This document shows, piece after piece, positions 12,743-25,433 of a stretch of 64,000 bases of DNA. Position 1 is the stretch's first letter, and each line of letters begins with the position of its first letter. Both the position numbers and the translations under genes were made by a program. The notes under the pieces were generated by a model. The model was not told the DNA's origin. It saw only the letters and a list, made by a program, of their open reading frames with translations, and did no database searches. Origin of the DNA: the human T2T-CHM13v2.0 reference genome, Homo sapiens; assembly GCF_009914755.1 (NCBI RefSeq), contig NC_060936.1, one strand, 5' to 3'.

Positions 12743-14399
12743 CCAGTTGCTTGGCAAGGTTACATCAAGCAAGCAGAGAAGGTGATAGCAGAGTGAAATC
12801 ATGGTAGAAATATCTCTGCAGATGAGAAGTAATAAAGTCAAAGATAAGAGGTACATGACCAGACTGGGAAAGAAGAATAGAAAAGGTAGTTAAAAAGAAA
12901 GCTGATTTAAAAAAAAAAAAAAAAAGAATTAAAGATGAAAACATAAAACGAGTTTTATAAATATTAGAGCTGGGCTAGTCTAGTAACCTTGAATTTGGTT
13001 AACAATACTTCTACCAGAGACATCTGCAGCTAGCTATGCTTGATGGGGATTTTCAAGTCCCTAGGCCAGCAGGATGATAGGAAAAAAATATTGACGCTGG
13101 CAGACAAGATCTTTCTCACTGATCCTGGACATCTGGTCACTAAATCTTTCAGAAGGACAGATTAGAGATGGAGAATTGAAAACCCCTCCAGCAGAGGCAC
13201 CAATAGTGATTTTTAAATGAGTATGGAAGCCAGCCAATCTCTTGCCACAGGATCTGCAAAACTACATTACATATTCAGTGTTACAGTAAAAACAAAAGAA
13301 AAAAATTTACCAGACCGTATTTTTTCAAGATCCTGAAGGGGTTACAAGGACAGTAAAAAGAGTAAAATGAGGACAATTATTCACCCAAAATGCATCATGA
13401 CTCAACCAGGTCAAGCAACCTTTAGTAAGGTACGTTCCGTATGACAATAGGAAATCTGTGCCACAAGCTTAACATTGAAAACAAGTCCTGCATATCTTGA
13501 TGATGTTGCTCATGGGATAATGACTTTCCAAACTGAACATTTCACAATCAGCCGACTTTATACTTAGTTCATGTGTATACCTCCATCAGGAACCGAGGGC
13601 AGGCCTAAACTCCATTCACAATTTGTCTTTCTGTAATAATATTGAAAAAATTTTTTTAAAAAGGTTGGGGGGAAGAGAAGACAACATAAAAATCAAAGAA
13701 AGATCAGTCAACCCAGAGAAATCTCCCAATGCCATCATCCCGCCACCTAATGCTGTCGCAAACAGGGGAAGCAGGTGATGGAATTTAATTAGCAACACAA
13801 TACAAGCTGTCGGTAAAACCCTATTTTCCAATGGGAATGAGCTCTAGTTAAATTGAATGCTGAAATGAAGTTACATACTTTCTTGCATATTCTAATTTTG
13901 CCTTCTCTGATTCAACTCTTAGGCTGAATACAGGCCTTGGCCTATTTTCTCCTAAGGAGCACAGTACAACATGATCCTGGGTCTGTCTTCCTGATCCTGC
14001 TCCTGTGCCACCCAATGGTGGGGACTCAGTGCCTGAGTCCGCTGAGAGGGAGGCCTGCTCCCCTCCACCTCACTCCTACTCATCACCTCTGATGCAGGAC
14101 CTTTATGGTGGAGATAAACAAGAATTAAGATGAGCGATAAACTATATTCTCTCTCTCCCTCCGACTTTGTACCCCAGGAGAGGCAGCATGTGAGACACCA
14201 GGGCATTCTGACCACCCAATCTCAAGGCATACCCATAACTCAGTTCTTGATTCAGATATAAAACTGATCAGGAGGCATGGCCTCAAAATCCAAAAAAATA
14301 TATATATATAGTGGATTCTATCATGGCAAGTAGGGAGCACCAAGAAGTGAAGCTGAGGTAGAAGGGCGTGGAGAGTAAGCGTGAGCCCTTCTATCTGGC

Positions 14400-14570
14400 T
14401 TGAGGGTCTCGGTTCTGCTGCTGAGCAGCTTTGACGAAAGCGCACAGTACACTACTTCTCAGAGCTTCTGTTTTCTCATCTGAGAATAGAGATAATAATG
14501 CAGATATCACAAGCGTTTGAGGATCAGGTGAATGCATTTGAAAGCGGCTGACACTTGGCCACTTGCTCTA
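14400..14570 (+). mobile_element. MIR
   Basis: Core 'ttctcagagcttctgttttctcatctgagaatagagataataat'. Confidence 0.65.
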
Positions 14571-15877
14571 CAACATTTTTAAAAGGAGTCTGGTGCAGGA
14601 AACAAAACTGGACAGGTGTTTACAATTAAGTGGACAAGTGTTCACTTGCCATTCTGTTTAAAAAGCCATCTTCATCTTGAGATTTTCTCCTTTAACAGAC
14701 AAAAAAGTCCATAACTTTTCTCTGATGTTCCATATGCCTTTGAGACTATTCTTAATTATTTAGGCCCTTATAGCTAAAGCCATTATAATTTTTCTTAGAC
14801 CTTTTAACATTTTCTGTTTGAGAATTTTATCAACCTTAGGATTTCTATGAACATATTTGATGGAGTAAATTAATGATTCTTGTCAGAGGTTAGGTGTCCT
14901 CTTATCTAGTACATGAATTAAACTCTACTTGTAAAATGATGAGATTTTCTTTCTTATCATTCTTCAAAAACCGAACAATTATTCCTTCTTTCCCTGCCAT
15001 ACTCTCACAGATGGTGAATCCCAGTTCCTCCACCTCCTCCCAAGCACCGAGACAGCCCTGAACAGATTGCGAAGCCTGCTTTGGGGAAGGAAACCAGCAA
15101 GTCCCAGCCTTGTGGCTTAAGCAGGGATTCAGGCACTCCTGCAGGAAGCCGTGATTGCCAGCAAACCACCAGGCACGCTGCTGGTGGCTCTGCGACAGAA
15201 GCGACACAGCACACCTCCAGCGTCCAACACGTGGCATTCCCTCAGGCCGGCCTGCTTGCCCCCACACTCCTCATCCTCCTTCCCCATCTGGTTGCTCTTC
15301 ACAACAGCTCTGCTGACTTCATGCTCAATGTCTTGGGCCTTCCTGCTGTGGGCCATGGGACCTTATTTAGAGCCATTTCTTCCCACCAAGGAGTTAATAA
15401 TATGTGATTTCCACAATACAACCATCTGGACATCTGACACCAGTCACCAAGTAATTAGTGGGAAATGTTGCAACATATCCAGGGATATTTAATAAATATT
15501 TCTTGAATGAATTAAGGAGGCTCAGCAACTCCACATTTGCTCACACCAGAAAAGTATAACAGAGAAGCTTCTTGTACTTCTCTGGGCCCCTCCTAAGTAC
15601 CTTTAAAGGGCCCCATTCCTCTGACCACACTATAAGAGTTATATATAGTAACCCTAGTGTCCTGTCCTCAGGGGACTAATCTCAGTCTCCCCACTCTTCT
15701 TCAGCAACCTCATCCCTTATCTCTGCTCAAAGCACCACTTGTATTCTAATAATTGCCAATATTTATTTCTAGCTCACAGCACTTCCCCCAGCAGACTTGA
15801 AAATCAAACTTTCTAATGGTCATTCCCAACAGATATCCACAGACACCTCAAACTTAACATATCCAACACTGAATCCT

Positions 15878-16100
<223 letters not shown>

Positions 16101-16510
16101 ATGAATTCATTATTTGATCCCTGATGTGTTCTTCCACCTTAATGTTCTATCTCAGTTGGTGGCCTCACCATCCACCCTGAAAATCCTAGAAATAGTCCTC
16201 AACTTCTCTAACTCCTGCCTCCACTCCCATGCAATCAGTTTCCAAGTTCTGCTAGTTTTACTTCCTAAGTCTTATTTGACTCTGTCCTTCCTCTTCCCTT
16301 CCAGTTTCCCCAGTTCCGCCTCCGGTCCTCATCCTCTCTAGTCGGAGTGTTGCATTACCCCTAACTAGTCTCCCTGGCTTCTTCCTTCAAGCCCCATAGA
16401 GAAGTAAGAGTGAGTTACATAAACACAGACCTGATTCTATCATTCCTTTGTTTGAAAATCTTCAAATAGCTCCTCTTCAATTAACTGTAAAGCTCACGGC
16501 AGGGGTTTAT

Positions 16511-16556
16511 GGTTATACACAACATAACTTCCTGGTTACACACAACATAACTCCCT
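16511..16556. repeat. 23-bp tandem duplication
   Basis: ggttatacacaacataacttcct / ggttacacacaacataactccct (21/23 identical). Confidence 0.9.
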
Positions 16557-16985
16557 GAACTATCAGTTGTTCTCAAAGACTCGGATGGGCAAACTTCATT
16601 TTTATAAAAAAACAAACACCATTGTATAATAGAATACAATGCAAAATTTGAACTAAGTTTAATTATAACATTTGGAAACTGAAAGTCCAGTGCCTTAATG
16701 ACCCATACCTATGACAGCATAACCTCAACCCCTCCCTCTTCCCCCCTCCTTCCCCCAATAAGTCCTATTTGTTAGTTCTTGTCATTCCCAAGGGATGTCT
16801 CCCATGTATTCCATAGAAGCCAGGAGTTTCACACACGTTATTTTCTATGGTAGTCCCAGAGTCTGGAATAAGATCTAGCACACAGTAGGCACTCAATAAA
16901 TACCTATTGAGTATATAAATGAACCCACAACCAATCTGCCAGCTGACATCACCATGAGGCTAGATGTGCTTTCTCTTTGGCTCTC

Positions 16986-17412
16986 TGATATGGTTTGGGT
17001 TTCGTCCCCTCCAAATCTCAAGTTGAATTGTCATCCCCAGTGTTGGAGGTGAGGCCTGGCAGGAAGTGTTTGGGTCATGGGAGGGGATCCCTCATGAACC
17101 TCTTGGCGCTGTCCTTGCAGTAATGAGTGAGTTCTTGCTCTGAGTTCACACTGGTTGTTAAAAAGAGTATGGCACCACCCCCCACCACCCCACCCCGCGT
17201 CTTGCTCCCTCTCTCACCATGTGAGATGCCTGCTCTCGCTCCACCTTCCACCATGAGTGAAAACTCCCTGAGGCTTCATGAGAAGCTAAGCAGATGCTGG
17301 GCGCCATGCTTCCTGTGCAGCCTGCAGAACCATGAGTCAATTAAACTTCTTTTCTTTATAAATTACCCAGTCTCAGGTATTTCTTCATAGCAATGCAAAA
17401 ACAGACTAACAC
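16986..17412 (+). mobile_element. MSTB solo LTR (MaLR)
   Basis: 'tgatatggtttgg...cagtgttggaggtgaggcctgg...gaagctaagcagatgctgggcgccatgcttcctgt...ataaattacccagtctcaggtatt'. Confidence 0.85.
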
Positions 17413-17978
17413 TTGCTGTTTCCCACTTTTCCACCTCTGCAGCCTGCTCAGCCACTCAGAGAAACATCCTAGCTGTGACCCACCATCGAGGTTACACCAT
17501 TGTCCATGCCAAAGGACATGATAGAATAAAGCTGGATCCATGCAGATGCAGAAAAATGGTCACCTAAGCTCTGAAACAGTTCTGTTTGTGCCTAGAGTCC
17601 CAAACACCCTTGGGGTTTCACCAGTTCCTAGTTACCTCTCTTTATAGGCAGCTCAGAGTCAATCCACAGGATCCTGTAGACCCCATACCAAATGTCCTCT
17701 CTCCACAACCTGTTATAAAGTAATGACAGCCACACATAACAATGGCAACAAACATCCTGAAGGAAGCTGTAAACCAAACGTGCCTACTATGAGTACAAAA
17801 CTGAAAAGAAATTCCATGATTGGGCAAGCCCTTCTGCAATTTGGAGAGTTTCTCTGGAAAACTACTCGGCCTCCAGACCTCAGCTTAAGTGTTTCCTCTT
17901 TAAGGAAGCGTCTGACCCTTTACATCCCCATCCAAAACTACCCACTCCCTCAAGAACTAGTGCCTGCTTCTGCTACCA

Positions 17979-19109
17979 CAGGGTGCAGCCTCGGGTTTGT
18001 GGGGCCTGAACCTAGTACAATTTTCAAGACCCTCTTTAAGCAAAAGAATATAAAACTACAAATATAAAAGTAGAATGCCAAGATAATATTATTTATGAAG
18101 GGAAAAATTAACACAAATTTTCAAAATCTGAAAAATATACTACCTATCCAAAATATAGAAAAAAATACACATCGTATTTCATTAATTAATGGCCTGATTT
18201 CTCTAGAATACCTTTCCTACCTGTTTTCCTACTTGTCAGTTGCATACTCTTTATCGTCTCTTCAACAATAATTTTGTAATATTACTTTCCATAGAGAGAG
18301 GAGAAATAGAACTCGGTCTTTCGTATGCTACAATTGATCAGAATTTTTCTTATTATTGATAGTTGGGCTTTGTAAAACATGTTACTTTATACACAGACAA
18401 AATCTCTGTATTGTTACAAACACAGAATTTCTGATAAATTCTACTTCACATGATTCTTATCAAAAAAACATACAGTTGTTATTACATATGAAAGATCTTC
18501 CATTGAAACTGAAGATAAATGAGAATCAAAGCCTTTGCTTACAGTTTTACACATTGAACGATGGGAAGAATTTTCCAAGGATGAGCTTCTGGCTCCATAT
18601 ATGTCCAATCTTGTTTTGTCTCCACCCACTTTCTTTTTGTGCTAGGAATGTGGAATATATTCATGTCAGGTTATAAACTCGCCCTGCACTGTCATGTCCC
18701 AATGTCAGGTGAGTTGGCACAATGAGCAATGCAAGAATTCCTAGAAGACGTTTCTACCCCAAGATGATTAACAATAGCTTCAATATATATGGTAGCAACC
18801 GAAAAACACATAAACATATCCCACTAAGTCCAAACAAAATGCATCCTCAACTCCATTCCCCTTATTGAAATCCCAAAAATGCCCACTGCTAGTCTAACAT
18901 TATTTAACACAAGCAGAAGTGAGATACATGGGAAGTCAGAGTAGAGAGAAAGCACGCTTTTACTTGAGTGTGATTAAAACAGCTAACATTTGCATATTTT
19001 ACAAAAACATATGACCATGTGAACAACTTGCCAGGGCCTTGGAACAGGCCCAGGGAGTGAGAGTTCTGAAGCTTAAGCTTCATTAACTTCACAGAAAAAT
19101 CCATTTCTA
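17979..19109 (-). mobile_element. hAT-Tip100 DNA transposon, Arthur1/MER69-like internal-deletion derivative
   Basis: Ends 'gggtttgtggggcctgaacc...ccctctttaagcaaaagaat' and 'ctgaagcttaagcttcattaacttcac'. Minus strand at ~18245-18365 gives a frameshifted remnant of the hAT C-terminal dimerisation domain (LSII..F*SIVAYERPSSISPLSMESNITKLL). Confidence 0.65.
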
Positions 19110-19149
19110 ATCACTGCACTTACCAGATTGCATATTAATTAATTAATGA

Positions 19150-20121
19150 TGATAGCTGGGAAATGATGGCTAATGAAAAGGAAGAAGTCAGGCAGATCTC
19201 ACAGAAACTGCAGGAACTGGTGGATCAGCTCTATTCATTTCAAGACTGCAATTTCAAGACACATAGTGTTGAGGATGCTGGGGGGAAGCAATAGGATGTG
19301 CAGGAGGAGACACAGAAGCCCCCGGAGGAGATGTTGAAGACCCTGTGGCAGATGGAGGAAGTCGTGGGTTTAATCCAGGGCAAAGTACAGTGAAGATGCT
19401 GACTGGGAAGGCACTGAACATTACTCCTGACTGTGTCTGTAAGGCTGAGGAGTTTCTATCAGAGGCTATGAAGCTGGAGCCTGAGCTGGTGGAAGCCTGA
19501 AACCAGCTGGGTGAGGGGTACTGGAGGAAAGGGGGTATTGCAGCTGCAAGAATAATGTCTCCCTGCAAAACCTATTGCCAGTGCTTCACCAGCTGTGGAC
19601 TAACATTGGAGATGAACATTTTTATCATGTCACGGACAGTGACCAATAGGCTAAATTGGCTGTGAAGATGAACTTGCACCATGGCCGCTCCTAGCATATT
19701 CTGGAGAATACATACTTTTCTCTTCACTTCAATATCAGTGAGAACCCTAAGATCTTCCAGCAAGCCTTCTGCCTAGGCCCAAGCAGAGAAGGTTGACAGG
19801 ACAGCTTCCAGCAGTCCTGACCTTCATCGAAACACAGTGATGTTGCAGAAACATGAACAAGCAATGAGAAGATCCTGGGGACTTTTCTTGAGCTGCAACA
19901 CTGGACCCTGCCTGGCCAGAGCCCTGGCAACAAGAGCAACTCCTGGAATTCCTGGAGAGAGGAGCCAGCCTCCTTGATAGCAAGGGAAGCATGAAGAACA
20001 AAAAGCTACAGAGCTAGGAAACTTGTGCTCAGCCCATCTAGGCCCTTGTGGTGATGGGCACTGCCCAGTCAGCCTCTGGACAGAAGGTGACCCCAGAGCT
20101 CAAGCCACTGAGCATGCTACA
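19150..20121 (+). pseudogene. TTC5: Processed pseudogene of TTC5 (tetratricopeptide repeat domain 5/STRAP), 3'-truncated
   Basis: From ATG at 19163: [48 protein letters not shown]..., then [99 protein letters not shown]. Colinear with TTC5 as I recall it, no introns, stop at 19292 and several frameshifts. Confidence 0.93.
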
Positions 20122-20122
20122 T

Positions 20123-20485
20123 TGTGTCTTAGTCCATTCAGGTTGCTATAACAAAATACCTTAGACTGGGTGGCTTATAAACAACAGGAATGTATTTCTC
20201 ACAGTTTTGGAGACTGGGAAAGCTAAGACCAAGACACCACCAGATTTGGTGACTAGTAAGGGCCCTTTCCTCACAGACAGTGTCTTCATGCTGCACCCTT
20301 ACTTGGTGGAAGAAGTAAACAAGCTCCCTTGGGTCTCTGTTATAAGAGTACTAATCCCATTTATGAGGATTCCACTGTCATCTTCTAATCAGTTCCCAAG
20401 GCTCCACCTCTTAATATTATCACTTCAAGGGTTAAGACTTCAACATATGAATTTGGTGCAGGACACGAGCATTCAGACTACAGCA
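20123..20485 (-). mobile_element. MLT1A0 solo LTR
   Basis: 'gtcttagtccattcaggttgctataacaaaatacc...caacatatgaattt...attcagactacagca'; TSD tacat at 20118-20122 and 20486-20490. Confidence 0.85.
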
Positions 20486-20899
20486 TACATTTTCAGTATA
20501 TGTACTTATTCAGCAGGAATTTAGTGAGTTCCTACTATATACCAGGTGTTGTGTGTTAGTGCCTAGGGATTCCACTATGAGTTAAATCCGGCATAATCCC
20601 CAGTCACGTGGAATATAGAGCCATAGGGAGGACACATACATTGATTAAATTATCACACTAATAGCAGGATGATTACAAACTGATATCAGTGCTGAAAAGG
20701 AGAGAATCCAGCTCCATAATGAAGGCTCTTGGCCTATTAGTTGGTTAAAGATAGCTGCTATACAAAACAAGACACATGCATCTAAGGTTTGAAGGATGAA
20801 AAAGAATGAACTAGTTGAAGATGACCAGCCTTCAAAAACAGCATCCAAACAGAGAAACAGCATGTACAAAACTGCTCTGGTAAGAATGAGCTGGAAATT

Positions 20900-21342
20900 A
20901 TCTGTTGCTTTTCCTAATCCACTCTCTACCCTTCTTTACCCTGCCTTGCACCCCAAAAGGTTAACCTCTAGCTATCAACCATATACTTGGCCCTCTGGCT
21001 TCTTCTTACTTTTAGTCAATTGTTTAGGGTATTTATTTTCCTGATGGGCCTTGGGTTGGCTATAGCTGTGATCTTCTTTCTAAGACATAGTTCCAGTTGG
21101 GTAGTCACTCAAAAAGCTTTATCCTATAGCTACAGCTAGCGGCATCTGAGGGATCTGTAATTATTCCTGCGTCTTGTATCTACAGGGACCTACGTTCTTT
21201 GTAACTAAGCTTTCAGATGCTTCATCATCTCCTATTGACTTTCCTTAACCCTTCCCATATCCTTGTAAATAGTCCCTCATAAACTCTCCTGAGTTACACT
21301 GTTTGAATGCACCAGCTAGTTCTTGCCAGAAATGTGATATAT
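20900..21342 (+). mobile_element. LTR33-like ERVL LTR
   Basis: 'ccactctctacccttctttaccctgcc...ggccctctggcttc...cttaacccttcccatatccttgtaaatagtccc'. Confidence 0.6.
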
Positions 21343-21665
21343 GATTATCCCTCAGTATTGTGGAAGATTGGTTCCAGGACTCCTCAAGGATACCAAAATC
21401 CAAGGATGCTCAAGTCTCTAATGTAAAATAGTGTGGTATTTGCAAATAACCTATGCACAATCTCCTATATACTTTAAATCATCTCTAGATTACTTATAAT
21501 ACATAATACAACGTAAATAGTTGTAATACTATATTGTTTAGGAAATAACGACAAGAAAAAAAAAGTCTACATATTTAGTACAGACGCTTTTTTTGCTCAA
21601 TTATTTTCAGTCTGCCATTGGTTGAATCTAGCAGCATGGAACCCACAGATACAAAGGGTGGACTG
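21343..21665 (+). mobile_element. MER2 (TcMar-Tigger)
   Basis: 'gattggttccaggac...ataccaaaatccaaggatgctcaagtc...actttaaatcatctctagattacttataatac...ggttgaatc...gaacccacagatac'. Confidence 0.85.
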
Positions 21666-22619
21666 CAATACATGTGAGAAACCGAAAGAAGATGGTTATG
21701 TGAAATGAAAAGTGCGGTGCAAGATGTGGCTGGAAATCTCCCTAGGAACCAGACTGTCTAGAGCCTTCTAAGTCATTTTGAGAATTTGGATGTTTATCCT
21801 AAGAGCAATGCACTAACATTGAAGAGTTTAAAGCAGAAGGGACATAAGAGGGTTTGCTGTTTTGACCAAAGCTAGACTGGAGTGGGTTGAGAAGTAAGTG
21901 GGAAGTGAGAAAATGGAGATAGCAAGGATTGTTATCATTCACAAGAAGTTTGGTTTTGAAAGAAGGAAAGCTTTAAGACAGAAATTGGATAAGGAATATA
22001 TGACCAATTGAGAGTTTTATTAAAAGGTAAAGGAGAATGAGAATGGGAATGTAGGAAGGAATGTAAACTCCAGGTAGCAGAATGCAGTACGATGTGCATG
22101 AAATAAATAAAGAGAGGGTTAGAGTTAGAAGGCAGGAAAAGGCACAGACGATGGCACTGGCCATAAATAGACAGAGAAGCCCCTGTTCCGGTGTAACAAA
22201 AGAGAAGAGGATGGATGCAAATAGAAGCCTTCGCATTTGCATAATTGTTGGGCAGCAGGAAATTGATGGTGGGGCTTTCCATCAGTTCACTTCAACTTTC
22301 TTTGTAAGATAGAAGGAAAAGTTATTCATGCCAAGCATCAGAGAAAAAGTTGGGATGAGGTGGGGGAGAGTTCAGAGATAGCAGTGAAGACGGTTTGAAA
22401 TATTTGCTGTTAGGAATGGAAGTGCAACTCAGATCAGAAGGTTGTAGTAGGAGTGTCATGCAGCTTTGAGAACACCCTTGAGTTTCAATATTGACATGAA
22501 TGTTCCCCTTCCCCACTCTATTTTATGCCTGCTAAGCCCATGAGATTTAAGTGGATCTAGCCTGGACTGTGATGCTACACTTAGACATAGGACAAAGACT
22601 TGAGTTATTGGTCCAGGGA

Positions 22620-23411
<792 letters not shown>

Positions 23412-25402
23412 AGTATAAAGATAATGTAAGGTTAGTTAAGGCTGCTCAATGTCATCTTGTCATCAAGCTGGAGAGAAAAACAGAGCCCTGATGATACTGT
23501 TTGAATGTCTAGACCCAGCCATGTCTGAAGCTTGACCACTCTTTTAACTTTCTACTTACATAAGCCAATAAATTTCTATTTTGGCTTAAGCTAGCTTAAG
23601 TTGGGTTTCTGTCTAATTTACACATCAAAAATTACATCGTAATCATAAATTTATACTCCTACCAATATTTTATCTCACTTTCTCCAGAAATGCTTCATTG
23701 CTTGAATATAGGCATGGACAAATGTAGGTGACTACTAGGGTTTATCTAGGAGGAGGGTTTTGCCAGGAAAGTGAACAAGAAAAAGGCACAAGAAAGTGAG
23801 TGTAAGCCTCATGGCCAAATTTCTTTCCTTTAATCTATATGCCAGATCACATGTGCCTGAGCTTAGGATTACAACTAGAGGACACATATATTTGAGGTTA
23901 AGTTCCCATTGAGAAAAATTGAATCTGGTCACCCCTCCCACTCTCTCTACCCTCAACTCCCCTACCACTGGCCACAGCAAGGAGATTCCTGGCAATATTA
24001 CATTTCCTGCAGACAAGACTGCTTCTGGAGTGACATGCTACTGATATTAAAGAAAGAAGAATCAAACAGGGAACCAAAAGAAGTGGTCGAGAATTTTAAA
24101 ATGTAAAAATAAGTCTAAAAATAACTTTAAAAGAACTCAGCCTGTTGTGTCTCTAGATACACCAGAAGTAACAGTCAGCAATTGTTGAAATCAAGACAAA
24201 GTGTGAAGGTTAGTCTTTCCAACTGCATACTCTTTACATTTTCCTATCAGGAACAGAGCACAGAAAAATGCCATAGGCCCGTGAATCATCTACACTTACG
24301 CCTGGCAGGAAACTTCTAATAATTTATACATTCCATCTGGTTGCAACTTAAAAGACTAATTACCAGTGGTACCAACTAATACTAATGATTAATGGGTGAG
24401 GTTCTTAAAAATGAGGCCAATAGGAGCCCCAAACTCAGCATGACTACAAACAGACAAAAAGTTTTACTTTGATATAAGCAGATGGTATTTAGAGCTTTCA
24501 GTCTGGTACAGGTGAAAGTCAGTCCCCTTGTTGAGTAAATTATTTAAGCTTCATTCCAAAATCAATAATTTAATTTAAAATGTCACTTGTGTCTTTGTAT
24601 TATCACCTCTACCTTCTGAATAACTAAGAACATAAAGATGTTTTTGAAAGAAGAAAAGGCCGTCTGGCCCACCCTACTTACCATTTATGGTTAATTATTA
24701 TTAATATTAATAATTTTACATAAAAGCACACAAACCTTGAGGCTTCTAAGTCCTTCAGTAGACATGATAGATCAGGTAAGTCTTGCAAAGCCACAAAGCT
24801 GAGGAAGTAATTAGCTAGTAAATCGCACTGAAAAAAAGTATTTAATCAAAATAAAAGTTGAGCTTCTGTACAGTATGTAATGACCTTTTCCTGAAAGACT
24901 ATATATTTCCTCATCCCATTTTCATACCAGATTCAATTCCCATTGCCCTTTGAAGTCAAAGTCACCTTTGTACACAGAAGATACAGGTGAAAACTTGGAA
25001 GGAGATGAAGAACAAAGTTCTAGTTTTATCCTAGATAGCTTTATAAAGCATCAAGCAACCTTAAAAAACATATATATGGTCACTTTAAAATACAAATAAC
25101 TTGTCTCAGAAAATGCCTTTTTCAAAATTAGGCTTTGTCTTTATAATGCCAGTTTTAATTTACTTTTTAAATATTGTAAATAGAAGATGTTTTATTCCAT
25201 CTTATATTGAAGATCAGAAAATTACTGTGACTTCACTGAAACTATACTATTAGTAACCAGAGTTTATAACATCTTAGTTCATTATTGAAACCAGGTATTG
25301 AAACCAGGTTCAGTATTGCATCAGGTATTCTCAAACTTTTTTGTCCCATACATACTTCTTGTTAATTCACAGTATCCATGCTTTTATAGCTTGTATTCCA
25401 CT

Positions 25403-25430
<28 letters not shown>
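25403..25430 (+). repeat. A28 homopolymer
   Basis: Read directly; no Alu or L1 body visible upstream. Confidence 0.95.

Positions 25431-25433
<3 letters not shown>

Larger units (their letters stand above)
20495..22500 (-). mobile_element. Long L2 interrupted by LTR33 and MER2
   Basis: Tail 'ttattcagcaggaatttagtgagttcctactatataccagg'; resumes after 21670 with 'tttatcctaagagcaatg...gagtttaaagcag' and 'ggagtgggttgagaagtaagtgggaagtgagaaaatggagatagcaag'. Confidence 0.65.

Noticed and set aside
15081-15407. ORF with a hydrophobic stretch (LLAPTLLILLPHLVAL)
   Set aside because: TTG start, no splice context, no recognisable homology.
19163-19294. 43-codon ORF from the retrocopy ATG as a functional micropeptide
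   Set aside because: No promoter evidence, many non-conservative changes, and the stop looks like ordinary decay.
19254-20001. Minus-strand ORFs over the pseudogene
   Set aside because: Antisense shadows of former TTC5 coding sequence.
20123-20485. LTR-LTR recombination as the cause of the TTC5 3' truncation
   Set aside because: The matching 5-bp TSD indicates a single clean insertion, not a chimeric LTR.
25283-25330. Short direct repeats (attgaaaccaggt x2; similar ones at ~2708, ~7048, ~59865)
   Set aside because: Local slippage duplications with no repeat-spacer array structure; nothing CRISPR-like anywhere in the window.
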